In this document: piece by piece, positions 37,411 through 51,232 of the stretch
How positions within the stretch are numbered: position 1 is the stretch's first letter
Layout of the letters: each line of letters starts with the position of its first letter
Origin: Antedon mediterranea
Lineage: Eukaryota; Animalia; Echinodermata
Length of the DNA: 64,000 bases
Direction: 5' to 3'
Assembly: GCF_964355755.1 (NCBI RefSeq)
Contig: NC_092670.1
Span: forward strand, 8,422,201 to 8,486,200
Translations under genes and position numbers: made by a program
The notes under the pieces: model-generated
What the model saw: only the letters and a program-made list of their open reading frames with translations
Databases searched by the model: none
Told to the model about the DNA's origin: nothing

Positions 37411-38685
37411 CAAAAAAATGATAAACACTTTGGGGAAAAAAAATAAACAAAATGATACTTTCACACCACATTTTTATTTATTTTTCCATTAAAAGTATTT
37501 TTCTTGTATTAAATAAGTTTTAAGTTGATTGGCCTTGATTGATTTCTTGTAGGAAAGAACATCTATGAATTTTACATCATTTTTAAGTTGATGTTATGAC
37601 ATAGGTTTTAAACGAATAATATTATTTTACAATAATTACATTTTAAACGGATTTAATATTTCTTTATTATTATTGCGGTCATCTGAAGCTATAGCTACAT
37701 GCTTTTTAATAAGTGTCAATTTATCATACAATGTGAATACTGTACGTTGTATTACTATTTCAAATCGTTTTCTTTAATATCTGCTTCTTTTTTGTTATGT
37801 TTGCCCATTTTTGAGCAACAGTAGTTTTGGCCAATCACAAAACAGTACAAGTTCTACCGTACAGTGTGTACTGTATGAAATCGCACACAATTTCAATACT
37901 GGTATGTTATGTACCGTACTGTATTTGTTAAGTTATGTTGTTGTGAAGTGTTGGACTTAAACCACACAAAATGATTCATTTTCGTTCTATTGTATATAGC
38001 TTTGGTTTTTATTATTTATTGTTCTAATTTTGTGGCTGTAACGCTTAACCCTCTACTACAATAGATTGAAGATGTCCTATACCATTCTCTATTTGCCTTT
38101 ACTAATCGCACCGATTTTTCTTTACGATAGCTAAATGTGTTAAAATATAATATTACACAAAAGACAACACAGGCACACTTAAGTTATGTCGTTATTGCTA
38201 TTTTAATTATATTTAATTTGGTATATGATGCAAAGGCAAAGTTATTCTTTATTTGCTACTTAAATTTAAAGTTACAATATTCATCACTGATCACTCAGTA
38301 GAAATTGTTATTTTCATTTGCAAGCAGCTTGAATTAAACCCTAAGAAATAACATTTTCATAAATAGGCCTAAAGACATTTTTAAAAAATTTCTTAATTTA
38401 AAACAATAAAAGGCGTAGGCCTATAATCGAAAAATGAATGAGGCCTAAAATGGATTTTTTTTAAAATAATTATAACATAGAAGAAATGTGTTTCCGACGG
38501 CTGACGGCTAGTGACAATGAATTGAGACGGATCGCCAACTTGGTCGGTCTTCAGTAAGTTGATATTATATGAGTAGGTTGTCCAATTATTTTTATTCTAT
38601 CAAACCATCTTGACTTTGGTCGTCCTGGTCTCCGAGCACTTTTCTATTTTTCCTTGCATTCTAGTAAAATTTTCGAAATAATATA

Positions 38686-40462
38686 GGGGAGGATGGGGTA
38701 AGTGGTCCAATTAGTGAGTTTTTATCATAAAATAAATACAGCCAGTGGTAGTAAAACTTAATATAAATACCATGATTAGATGGTCTATATACTTGGTTAC
38801 TTATATCCAAAAGTTATTTTGGATTAATTATTTGGAATTAATTAATTTGAATTAATTGGTGACGACTGCTCTGCTGGACCACTTGCCCCGTCAGTGGGGT
38901 AACTGGACAAATATACAAAATACATAAAGAAACAATTTTTGATGACAGAATATTGTTTTTTATTTATCATAACATATTTACAAAAGCAAGTCATGAACTA
39001 TACATGACATTTAATAAAATAATTACATATTTAAACTTCAATTTTTCATGTTTAAACATAGCTTATCATACGCAAAAGTTTTTCACAGTATTATTCATGG
39101 CTTTTGACAATTGCAAGTTCATTCGATATCATCATCATACCCATATTCATTTATACAGTTTGTGTAAATAAATGTATGCATCTGTCCTCTCCATGGAGTA
39201 CATTCATCATGATACCATGCACTACATGAGCGACATTGTCAAAATATGTTGCATTTTGCGCAAGTGTAGTGTCATCATCATCGCTATATTCACTCACAGG
39301 TCTGTTTGTCTGGTACACCGTAGCGCTTTGCTGCTTCACAACTCAGTTCCTCATTCTTTACGGCCTCCACTGCATTCACATTTTGACTCTATGTCCCATT
39401 TATTTTGGGCTTATATGTTCTAACCATACTGAAATATGTATAGAAATTTTTAAAAATAATTAAAATTAATACATAAAACAAACAAAAAGATCATAATTAA
39501 ATAATAATAATAATTCATAATTGCATATGACACCATAACTAACTGTTTTAGAGTGTTTTAATGTAAATTTAAAGCCAAAAATGGTTGGACCACTTACCCC
39601 AATACCCACTGGACCACTTTACCCCAATAATTTTAACATTATTAAAATATGACATTACAAATTCAATTTTTGGTATATACACTAAAAATGTATTTTCTAT
39701 AGATGACTAACATACATATTTTAGTAATTATTCATAATTAAACCTATTTAACTAATTAGATGGCAAGAATGACCGTTTTTATAGTTTGGCCTATATGTTT
39801 TAATAGGCTGGCAGCCATTTTGAAATTCACGCTTTAGGGGTACATTAAACAGGGTACAAATCAAGCCTAAAATATGGAATTTTTAATACCAATTAAATCA
39901 ACAAGATCCACTCATATTAATTCTAACTAATTTATATTTTCTATTTCTATAAAAATATTAACAATAGAACAACAAATTAGGCCATTTAAGCAATATTAAT
40001 AATGCCTATTGCACATAGATGCTGTTTTTGTACTGCCAGTTTTAAAAAATGAGGTCGTAAAAAAAATGATTCTGAACTATTTGGTCCAGTCACTTAATTA
40101 AACAAAGCGCCATTGATACAGGCACAACGCACACTGTCAGCTTTCATTTTTTTTCAAGCTACAAAATGTACTAGGCCTAGGATGATTTTTTAATCTTTAA
40201 AGTAGTTAAAAATCACTTTAAACTTACCTTCTTGAAACAATCCTTCTAAGTGTGTATTTTTCAATAGATAACTGATAGACGAAAGTTGAAAAATTGCGAT
40301 TTTGATAGGTAAACTAATGAGACAGCGTGCTAATTCATGTTTAAAACAATAGAGAAGTAATTTATGTCAAAGTTCATAATAAAAAATAAGGTCTATATAG
40401 AGGGTAGTATAGCAGCAATTGAAGAAAAACTTAGCAATTGGACCACTTACCCCATCCTCCCC
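38686..40462 (-). mobile_element. pogo-like (Tc1/mariner superfamily) internal-deletion derivative
   Basis: Perfect 27-bp TIR GGGGAGGATGGGGTAAGTGGTCCAATT, TA TSD. Minus-strand remnants of a psq-type HTH (AVEAVKNEELSCEAAKRYGVP) and a PHD (CRSCSAWYHDEC) at 39150-39380. Absent from copy 1. Confidence 0.82.
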
Positions 40463-41058
40463 TAGGCTCCTACAAAACGAAAATTATTATGAACAGAATA
40501 AATTATTCAAATGAAGAATGAATCTTACTATAATTTCATTTAAATCTAAACTACTAGTAGTATTCGGTTGACGTTGATTAATTCCTTTGATGCCTCATCA
40601 TGTTTGCAAGATAAAATAGGCTATATGCTCTTTTGGTTGAGGACACTGTAACGCCAAATGAAGTGACATTGCCAAATGAGGTTCGCGTGGCCTGTATCGC
40701 ACAAGGCTAGGTCACTTAATTTTGCAGCACGTTTCTGGCGAGCTAATCGTGTTATAAATATTGATATTACTTATTTCCAAATAAACACAAACTTAAAATT
40801 ATTAACCGGAGTATTTCTAACCTAATAACCTTTACTCATTGTATGAAATTAAACCATTATAACTGAAACATACGACGAAAATTTACTATTTTAGTGTAAA
40901 AAACGAAAGGCACTGTTCATCGAAAAATCTAGAAAACTCGAAATGCATGATAGGAAGCCTACCGACCCCTTTCTAAGCAGCTGGAAAAGAAGACTACTCG
41001 TTTTAGCGCCAAAGGAAAGTGTCTGAAGTCACGTCTGCATGTTATGCGGACATGGTCT

Positions 41059-44000
41059 TAGTAGAGCAGTTAAGGCCATAAAAATAGCCAAGTTGTGCAC
41101 TTTATTACCAAAGCATGAAACTTGCCACAAAGTTTCTTTGATGTATATAGATTCAAAATATCGGGGGGTGCCAATTGTCCAACGTCCGGTATGACGGCCA
41201 TCTTGATTTCAAAATGGCCACCATAAAAACAAAAAGTGTTCATATCTTGGCAACTATAAACAGTAGAGACTTGATTCTGGTGTTAAATTGTTCACAAATC
41301 ACATATTTCTATTTGCTCTAATGAAAAGTTTCGTCAAAAAATGACCGGAAATGACGTTTCTTCCAGTTTGACCTTTGACTTCTTATCTGTATATCTCAGT
41401 AACTACTGATCATTTTCAATCGATTTTGGTGTCATTTTTTTCAGAATAGAGACATTTATATTTGTAGTAATGAAACATTTTCACATAAAATGACTGGAAA
41501 TACAATTTATAACCTTTGACATATATAATTATGTGAACATACTGTATGTGGTTTACATTGGTATAAATGCACCTAATTTGTTTTACCGAAATAAATGACA
41601 CTTAATGCAAAAATGACCAGGAATTTATTATTCTGAATTTTTGACTTTTGATTTGATAGGATAGGCGTAAAGTATGACAGATCACTGAGAAACAGCAATC
41701 ACTGAGCTCATGCCGACTTGTTTGCTAAACTGTGATGTGTCAATCGTTATATAAAAGTTTTGGTCCTCTCTCCTTCATCTTTTCTTTTTTTTTGTAATGT
41801 ATTATAAGAGAACACCGTCTTTCAAAGTACTTACTACAGTAGACCTACTTTCATTAGTCAAAAACTCAGATAATTCTTGGTCATTTTCGTTGCATCTAAA
41901 CAAATGTACTCAATTTTTATGGTAATGAGCCTTTGCTGTAAACCATCTGAATCCTTTTCCTCGATTTTCTCTAGTCATTGATTTTTTAGCAAAATCCGAA
42001 CCAAATCAATTCGTAAAAGACATCTCAATATAATTATTCAAGTAATCCTCAAATTAGTGACATGGACCTACAATATACTGTTCTGTACAAGACCTTTTTA
42101 GGCATCCACCTGTGGACTTTCACTTTGAAGGTCTTGGTCTCCTAATCATACAAGAAACAATGTCTGATTTAATCAATCAAAGTAGTGGGTCCAGACCATC
42201 CACAGACAAAGAAGGGGGTATAAGACCATCCACAGACAAAGAAGGGGGTATAAGACCATCCACAGACAAAGAAGGGGGTGTAAGACCATCCACACACAAA
42301 GAAGGGGGTATAAGACCATCCACAGACAAAGAAAGGGGAAGGCCATCTACAGACAAAGAAGGGGGTGTAGGACCATCCACAGACACAGAAGGGGGTGTAA
42401 GACCATCCACAGACAAAGAAGGGGGTGTAAGACCATCCACAGACAAAGAAGGGGGCGTAGGACCCTCCACAGACAAAGAAGGGGGCATAGGACCCTCCAC
42501 AGACAAAGAAGGGGGCGTAGGACCCTCCACAGACAAAGAAGGGGGTGTAAGACCATCCACTGACAAAGAAGGGGGTATAGGACCACTTACAGACAAAGAA
42601 GGGGGTATAAGACCATCCACAGACAAAGAAGGGGGTGTAAGACCATCCACAGACAAAGGGGGTGTAGGACCATCCACACACAAAGAAGGGGGTATAAGAC
42701 CATCCACAGACAAAGAAAGGGGTGTAAGGCCATCTACAGACAAAGAAGGGGGCGTAGGACCCTCCACAGACAAAGAAGGGGGTGTAAGACCATCCACTGA
42801 CAAAGAAGGGGTATAGGACCACTTACAGACAAAGAAGGGGGTATAAGACCATCCACAGACAAAGAAGGGGGTGTAAGACCATCCACAGACAAAGAAGGGG
42901 GTGTAAGACCATCCACACACAAAGAAGGGGGTATAAGACCATCCACAGACAAAGAAAGGGGTGTAAGACAATCCACAGACAAAGAAGGGGATGTAGGACC
43001 ATCCACAGACAAAGAAGGGGGTGTAAGACCATCCACAGACAAAGAAGGGGTGTAAGACCATCCACAGACAAAGAAGGGGGAGTAGGACCCTCCACAGACA
43101 AAGAAGGGGGTGTAAGACCATTCACTGACAAAAAAGGGGGTATAGAACCACTTACAGACAAAGAAGGGGGTATAAGACCATCCACAGACAAAGAAGGTGG
43201 TGTAAGACCATCCACAGACAAAGAAGGGGGTGTAGGACCATCCACAGACAAAGAAGGGGATGTAGGACCATCCACAGACAAAGAAGGGGGTATAAGACCA
43301 TCCACAGACAAAGAAGGGGTATAAGACCATCGACAGAGAAAGAAGGGGGTGTAAGACCATCCACAGACAAAGAAGGGGTGTAAGACCATCCACACACAAA
43401 AGAAAAAGGTGTAAGACCATCCACACACACAAAAGGGGTGTAATACCATCCACACACAAAAAAAGAGGTGTAATACCATCCACAGACAAAGAAAAGGGTG
43501 TAATACCATCAACAGACAAAGAAAAGGGTGTAATACCATCAACAGACAAAGCAAAGGGTGTAATACCATCAACAGGCACAGAAGGGGGTATAATACCGTC
43601 CACAGACAAAGAAAGGGGTGTAAGACCATCCACAGACAAAGAAGGGGGTGTAGGACCATCCACAGACAAAGAAGGGGGTGTAAGACCATCCACAGACAAA
43701 GAAGGGGGTGTAGGACCATCCACAGACAAAGAAGGGGGTGTAAGACCATCCACTGACAAAGAAAGGGTATAGGACCACTTACAGACAAAGAAGGGGGTAT
43801 AAGACCAACCACAGACAAAGAAGGGGGTGTAGGACCATCCACAGACAAACAAGGAAGTGTAGGACCATCCACAGACAAAGAAGGGGTGGAAGACCATCTA
43901 CATGCAAAGAAAGGGGTGTAAGACCATCCACACACAAAGAAAGGGGTGTAATACCATCAACACGCACAGAAGGGGGTGTAAGACCATCCACAGACAAAGA

Positions 44001-45016
44001 AGGGGGGTATAAGACCATCCACAGACAAAGAATGGGGTATAAGACCATCCACAGACAAAGAATGGGGTATAAGACCATACAGACAAAGAAGGAGGAGTAG
44101 GACCATATTAACCGAGGAAGCATACAAAAAGAAGATACAATCAAAATACCACATGGAAAACAATAAATTGTAGAATAACTGAGGCTTGATTGTTGAAATA
44201 TAAAGGGTTCTTTGTAAGGTCATTAATAATATATTGATATAAACACGATCATCATACTTTTCATTTGTCATTCAAATACAGTCTATCTCGAAAAGAAGCT
44301 CATACTATCACCTTTTCGAGGTTTTACGGTATTCCATAACATGTATGTTATTTCCTCTGTCAAACTATTAAAACTTTTAGCGAATCAGAAGGTGCCAACA
44401 TCATTGAACTAATGGTACCACCAAGCACAATGTTTACCAATTTTATGTACTATATACAATTTAAGTCCATTAATCATTTAATATAATTACGCCTATCAGG
44501 TCAAAGGAAGACCAACAAAAACCACATACAGTATATTCACCTAATTAAAAATCAATAAATAAATGTCAAAGGTAATAAATTGTATTTCCGGTCATTTTAT
44601 GTGAAAATGTTTCATTACTACAAATATAAATGTATTTATTCTGAACCAAATGACACCAAAATCGATTGAAAATGACCAGTAGTTACAGAGATATACAAAT
44701 ACGAGGTCAAAGGTCAAACTGAAAGAAACGTCATTTCCGGTAATTTTTGGACGAAAATTTTCATTAGAGCAAATAGAAATATATAGTTTGTGAACAATTT
44801 GAGACCATAATTAAGTCTCTAATGTGTATAGTTGCCAAGATATGAACATTTTTTGTTTTTATGGTGGCCATTTTGAAATCAAGATGGCCGCCATACCGGA
44901 CGTTGGACGCTTGGCACCCCACGATATTTTGAATCTAAATACATTAAAGAAACTTTGTGCCAAGTTTCATGCTTTGGTAATAAAATGCACAGCTCATGTC
45001 ATTAACTGCTCTACTA
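41059..45016. mobile_element. Non-autonomous Academ element (Academ-3) carrying a minisatellite
   Basis: TAGTAGAGCAGTTAA...TTAACTGCTCTACTA termini, TIRs of about 500 bp, 3-bp TSD tct. Confidence 0.8.
42193..44105 (+). repeat. 30-bp minisatellite (agaccatccacagacaaagaagggggtgta), about 60 copies
   Basis: Direct observation; scattered 1-3 bp indels break every reading frame. Confidence 0.97.
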
Positions 45017-45623
45017 TCTGGGACAATTTGCCTTTGGCGCTAAAGCGTTTAGTGTTTGAGTTATGGGACGCTATTGCTGCATTATTTTCTAGTAAAATTT
45101 TGATTTGACGTTCCTTTCGTCGGTACATTATTCCCGTTATTATTTTGTTCGGTTTTATGAATTTCTATATTTATGTTTTCAAATTAAAATGATTATTCGT
45201 TGAATATGAATGTATCCTGTTATTCTACTGATTATTATATATATTTTTTTGTTTAACATTGCTTACTATTTAATCAATTCCGTTTTTTTAAATGTATATT
45301 ACCAATGTTATTTAGGCCTATGTTTTTTATTTATAAGTTATTTAAAAATATTAGTTACATGATCAAATTTTTGTCACTTTTTATACCTACAGTATAACAC
45401 TATATTTCCTTTGATGTCTGAAACATTAAAACATAAATTCGCAATACTATATGGCGAACCTAAGTCGCAAATTGTTAGTTGGGTATTTGTTATAATTTCA
45501 TCATCTCATTTGTTACACATGTGTGTGTGACCTATAATAAATAAATAAGGGATGGTAGGCCTAAGGTAGTCGAGGGGAAACTCATCAAATTGTTTCATCA
45601 AAACAATAACTCATAAGGTCGGA

Positions 45624-45696
45624 AACATTTAGATAATGGAACCAAATTTTGCAATGAAGTCTTTATTGCAAAATTTGGTTCCATTATCTAAATGTT
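45624..45696. repeat. Perfect 32-bp inverted repeat with a 9-bp loop
   Basis: aacatttagataatggaaccaaattttgcaat-gaagtcttt-attgcaaaatttggttccattatctaaatgtt. Confidence 0.9.
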
Positions 45697-47039
45697 AAAA
45701 GATGAGATATTGCCTTGTTCTCTTTTGTTATCAATCTTTTCATGTCACGTACCGTAATAGAATGTAACAGTTGAACATGCATATCACAATAAATAAATAA
45801 TGGTACCTAATTAGTTCAGCATTTTCATCAAGTTTTAACAATATTTGATGTCGGAAACATTCCCAATAATTAGAGACTAATTTTGCAATATGTTAGATAT
45901 TTTATTCAGCTGGTACTTTTTACCTTGATGTCGGAAACATTTGAACATAAATTCGCAATAATGGATTATAATTGTGCAATGAAGTTGTCATCTCATTTGT
46001 TCATATCGATGTGAGAAACAGTTTGGATGGGAATGTGGTGAGCGAAATTCTAAGCAAGCTAAATACATGATACAGTTATTTTAAGGTTGGGAATTACACA
46101 ACGTGAATTCGCAAATAATTGAACGTAATTTTGCAATAAAAGTCGTCATCTTGTTTGTTCATATTACGATGTGGGAAACAAGTTTGGATGGGAATGGGGT
46201 GGTGAGCGAAATTCTAAGTAAGTATTACTTCGAAGTCGGAAACAACCTTAAATTCGCAATAATGCAATGGAACCTAATTTTGCAATGAAGTCGGTCACCT
46301 TGTTTGTTCATACGATGTTGAAAACATGTTCGGAGGGGTGGACGAAATTCTAGGAAGCTAAATACAGTTACCGTAGTTATAACACTAATTATTTTTGAGG
46401 TCGGGAATATTAGAATTTATACTTAAATGGAACCTAATTTTGCAATGGAGATTGCATGCGTTATTTTCATCTCGATTGTTCGTTCCATCAATTCATACGT
46501 TGTACATGGAACATGCATGCACTTTTATACTTTGTGGGGTGATGAGAGTGGGATGTAAGTTAATATTTTTTATTTATTTATTGACATACAGTAATTTAAT
46601 TAGCTATATCGATGGAATAGTAGATTAGGCATATATATATACACATTTGCAGCCTTCACTATTTATAGAATAAATCAGCATTAAATAAGCCAGTGGGTAA
46701 ATCTTTATGGAATTCATTCAAAAGGAAAGCAATATGCTTAACATTGAATGTGAAAGATATAACAATAAAGAAACAAGTATAGAAAAAATGGGTAGCTTTA
46801 AGAAATACTATTATGTTAATATAAATTCTAATTTGCTGAGATTATCAGAAAAGGAATTCACTGTGATACGAGTTACAGGTGGTGCTGATCTGATTTAATT
46901 CGTTTTATCTTGTATATAAATACATTGTATAATCCGGGTTGTAAAATTAAAACAAACAATTGAAAATCTCACAAATTCTTTATGTGTAAAATATTTTAAA
47001 ACGAAGAACACTAATGAAAATAGGAGGTAATACGGAATT

Positions 47040-47703
47040 CATAAATGTAAAAATGTTACTGATGAATTGTAACGACATTGGGAATTAAAATGTGTTAAAT
47101 AATATGATTTTATGTAATGACATGAGATAATATGAATGTGGATAAAAGTGGTGTTTGCGCCACAAAAGAGAAAAAAAAAGCTATCGATGGAATGGTGGTT
47201 ATGAAATCCATGATAATTTAGTTACTTATCTAAAATAAATTCGACGGGAACCTGATTTTACAAGAGGACCTCTTATATGAGTTTGTGAGGACTCCGTTTA
47301 TAGAGGACATCTTAATATCTGTTCTAAAGAGTCCTTAATATCAGTTCTAGAATTAACCTTAATTCAATTCAAATTGATCAGTTCTTTTCTAATGAAGAAT
47401 CTGGGCAATTTACAATCAAGCAACAACACCACATAATTCTACGTGAATTCTGCTGTACGTGAGCTAGCCTTAATAATACCGCCTGATTACGGTATATAGG
47501 CCTACAGTATTAGCTTCAGAATAAATGACGACGCATTCTACAGATATTAAAACAAAATGAAAATATTAAATTGGCTTCGTCGAAATGTTGTACCTTGATA
47601 GACAGACCCCCAAGCAGACAGCCCACATTACTGTACTATATTATTTAACACATTTTAATTCCCAATGTCGTTACAATTCATCAGTAACATTTTTACATTT
47701 ATG
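47040..47703. repeat. Perfect ~66-bp inverted duplication with a ~530-bp spacer
   Basis: 47040-47105 is the reverse complement of 47638-47703; no TSD. Confidence 0.85.
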
Positions 47704-47828
47704 GGTCTTCTCGGATAAGGACTATAAACCGTAGGTCCAGTGTACACATCTCTAGCTTGTGTGCACTTTAACTAGTACATCTTTCGAGACGAGTAATTTC
47801 AAATTAAAGACAATCTGCACTGCAGCAC
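47704..47828 (+). mobile_element. Probable 5'-truncated SINE body, continuing after the hAT at about 49435-49515
   Basis: ggtcttctcggataaggactataaaccgtaggtcc resembles the central region of invertebrate tRNA-derived SINEs (recognised from memory); no A/B boxes present. Confidence 0.45.
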
Positions 47829-49426
47829 CAGGGGTGGCGCCAGAATCTTCCCGACGCGGGGGCTACATTCCCCGACGAGGGGGCTATGCGAGTGAAGCGA
47901 GCATCACTAGGCTGGGGGCCAGGGGGCCGCCAAGGGCCCCCGGTGGAGGCCCAGGGGGCGAAGCCCCCGTAAGCAACGCGTTCTAGCGTCATTTGAGGTC
48001 ATTTTAATCAGATTTAGGGTAGCCATTTTTTCCATTTTTTATAAAGCATAAATAAAATACTGCGTGCAAAAAAACGATGCGCGATGACTGTTTCAATCCA
48101 TATTTTTCAATTTAAAAAATAAAAGTTCAAAGAAAATTTAGAAAAATAGAGTTGGAGGTCCCGGAAATTGGACTTATTATACTTCAAAACATGAAACAAA
48201 ATATATAAGTCCCTATCAAGGTTGTGACTGAGCTAAGAAATGTTTGAGGTCCCGGAAAATGCACTTCTTGTACTTCGAAATATGACCAGCTTTATTGTTG
48301 GGGCTGAGCTAAGAAACTGTTTAAAACTAGAGCTGCAGGTCTTCAAAAAATTGCATTTTATACTTCGGAAACATCAGGCCTAGAGGCTTAAAAAACGCAA
48401 GCGTAGACCATTTTCAGTCGGGGAAATAAATTTATTCCTCCCAAGTGTATGCGTGCGTACCATCTGGACTTCCGAGTGGTGAGAAATTCATGACATACAG
48501 GACATTGAAAATGTAATAACTTAGCTATAATAAGATGGCGAAAATGGCATGTTTTTTTGTTTAGTAATGGATGAAAATTTTATTTTAGGTGCCCCACGGT
48601 ACAGAATGTTACTTGTAAATTAAAAAAATTGGTGAACATTACGAACAATTAACATAATTCGTTTTTGCTGTAGTGTAGCGTACGTCGACGCTGTACACAA
48701 CGTAACCGTCAGTAAACTTCGCCTGGAAAATAACAGTACACATTTTGGTCCCTGGATGGAACATGATATCACGCGTCTCGACCCAACGTTGAACGATTCG
48801 TACAAAGGGATACCGCCAAACAAGTGCGAACCTAGCTATTGTTTAGTAATAAGTTAGATCGCTGGCAATAATGAATGCATATAAAGTGCATAATATCACT
48901 CTGACGTACTCTCACGGTCAATGAAACGTCGCGGTTTTCTAGGCGCTGAAGCTAGCTACGAAGTGAACGCGAACGCTTTTTACTGTATATTATATTCCCC
49001 GACAAAAAGTACCCGTGTTCCCTTCGGTAACCGTCGGTAAACTTCGCCTGGAAAATAACTACCTTACACGTTTTGGTCCCTGGATGGAACTTGATATCAC
49101 GCGTCTCGACCCAACGTTGAACGATTCGTACAAAGGGATACCGCCAGACAAGTGCGTACCTAGCTAATGTTTAGTAGTAAGTTAGATCGCTGGCAATAAA
49201 TGAATGCATAAAAGTGCATAATAGCCCTCTGACGTACTCTCACGGTCAATGGAACGTCGTGGTTTTCTAGGCGCTGAAGCTATATGAAGTGAACGCGAAC
49301 GTTTTTTACTGTATATTATATTCCCCGACAAAAAGTACCCGTGTTCCCCGACGGGGGGCTAGGCTCCCCGACGAGGGGGCTAGAGCCCCCGTAGCCCCCC
49401 CCCCCCCCCCGCTGGCGCCACCACTG
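47829..49426. mobile_element. Non-autonomous hAT element
   Basis: CAGGGGTGGCGCCAG...CTGGCGCCACCACTG (14/15 TIR), 8-bp TSD tgcagcac, subterminal cccgacg(a)gggggcta motifs, internal ~325-bp tandem duplication (48702-49025 / 49027-49348). Confidence 0.9.
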
Positions 49427-50220
49427 TGCAGCACAATCTATTGGTTTTAATTGTACACGCGGTGATTCAACTAAAAGCAGTAAAAACATTTTGGCACACA
49501 AGGCGTATCATATAATTTGCGGACCATGACCGAAGCACTTCCGCTTCGATCTATTCGACGAAAATCAAAAAAGGATAACTATTTTCTGCTTTATATTTAA
49601 TTTAATGTAATAGCTAAGCTTGATCTAATAACAGGCGTAACAATACAGAATACATATTGTAGTTTAATACTGGCTTAAATATGTTTGTTTTATATAAACT
49701 GTATTTTACAAAATTACAATAGAACTTCATTTTGCAATAGTATCTAATTTGGCGCCTTAGACGCCAAATTAAGTGCGGTACCTCATTTGGCAGTGGTACC
49801 TCATTTGGCGTGACAGACACACACCACGTCACACGACACGTGGTTGGGAGGAGAATAGTAGAGACACATGTGACAATGACATACACATTTCAACGGGTTG
49901 ATTTCACCAAAGATAGTGTTTGATTTCACTGTAAAGATAATGTACTTACAATACTAATGATTGATGAATATTTAAGTTAAGGTAGCTATGCTAGTTACTA
50001 TACATTACTTCTAGGTATAGGCCTCCTAGGCATGTTATTTCATGAAGTGATATTACTCAATGGTTAAATAATTAATTTACTACCTAGCAGCTAGAATTTC
50101 GCTAGTATAGTACTGTAGTAACATGATAACCGATCAGTGCTACTGTACAGTTAGGTCGCGATTCCAATCAGCCGTGGTGTTACGTATTCGGTCGCTGCAC
50201 TGCTCGACTTTCAGTTTCAG

Positions 50221-50242
50221 CATGGAGGTATATACCTCCATG
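50221..50242. mobile_element. P-type excision footprint at the site occupied by the foldback element in copy 1
   Basis: gtttcag-CATGGAGGTAT|ATACCTCCATG-gtttcag. Confidence 0.82.
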
Positions 50243-51232
50243 GTTTCAGGAAAATATATCTATGGCTATTATTAGTAATACTAATATGGAGCGCCGCTGA
50301 CGAAATTTCTATTACTGGACGTCTCAGGCAGAAAAATCATAAATCATTCATGAGATTAAAGCATCAATTAGGACATTACTACCAGGTCCGTAACCAGGTT
50401 TGATGGCGGGGTGGATTGTTTAAATTGTTTAGTGGAACAGATTTTTTTTCTCTAGATGGGCATAAATCGTGTTTCTGGACTATATAATTTGGTGTAATTT
50501 CTTCACTATTTATAGAGCGCCATATGCCATTTTTGAAGAATGTGACACTGCCAGACATACGGATGAAAGTATTGAAATAAAAAAAAAGTTCATTGCGGCC
50601 TACCACGACACACTCGCACACACCCACCACAGATGATACGGCAACTCCCTGCTGTTATTGTTAAAAAGAGCCTGTCATAAACTCGTGCATCCACTTTAGA
50701 CTAACTGACTGGGCGAAGTAGACCTACACGACGTACACGCATGCGCCAGGTGATACTGTACATCCTTCCTGGGCGTTCCATAAGTTCTTTTTAAAAGATC
50801 CAAACGTCTTGGTGTTTGGTAGTTCAAATTTGTATTTTTAAGCATAAAACTAATAATTAATAGTAATAAATGGTTTTGGTTGTAATTATTGACTTGTAAA
50901 ATATATTCGTAAGTCTTTTGCTAAATGAATGTCGATTTAAATTGAATAATCTCTTTCTATTAAGGCTTGACTAGGCCTGTAGTGAATGAAGTGGGAGGCC
51001 AAGCAAAACCCTGATCCCCCTGAGCCTATACCGGACTATATAATAAGTATTTATATCAGCCTTATTATATATATACAGTATATTAAACAACATCGTTTTA
51101 GTCATATGGTACACTACCAGCCATCTTTGAGTGACTATTCCTGGAGTTGAATCCTTTGTTATAAAAAAAAATGCATACCGTTCACAAATTTAATATTAAA
51201 ACAATCCATTTGTTTAAATGTTTTTGTTAAAA

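Larger units (their letters stand above)
40647..49815. mobile_element. TIR element with TGT..ACA termini (Ginger-like or unclassified) hosting Academ-3, a SINE fragment and a hAT element
   Basis: TGTAACGCCAAATGAAGTGACATTGCCAAATGAGG...CCTCATTTGGCAGTGGTACCTCATTTGGCGTGACA. TSD gacac (or aca if the termini extend by one base). Empty site ggttgaggacacacacc at 25232. Confidence 0.72.

Noticed and set aside
42112-44144. Long ORFs on both strands through the 30-bp minisatellite (RPSTDKEGGV and similar)
   Set aside because: A by-product of a stop-poor unit whose length is a multiple of 3; indels switch frames, and it lies inside a non-autonomous transposon.
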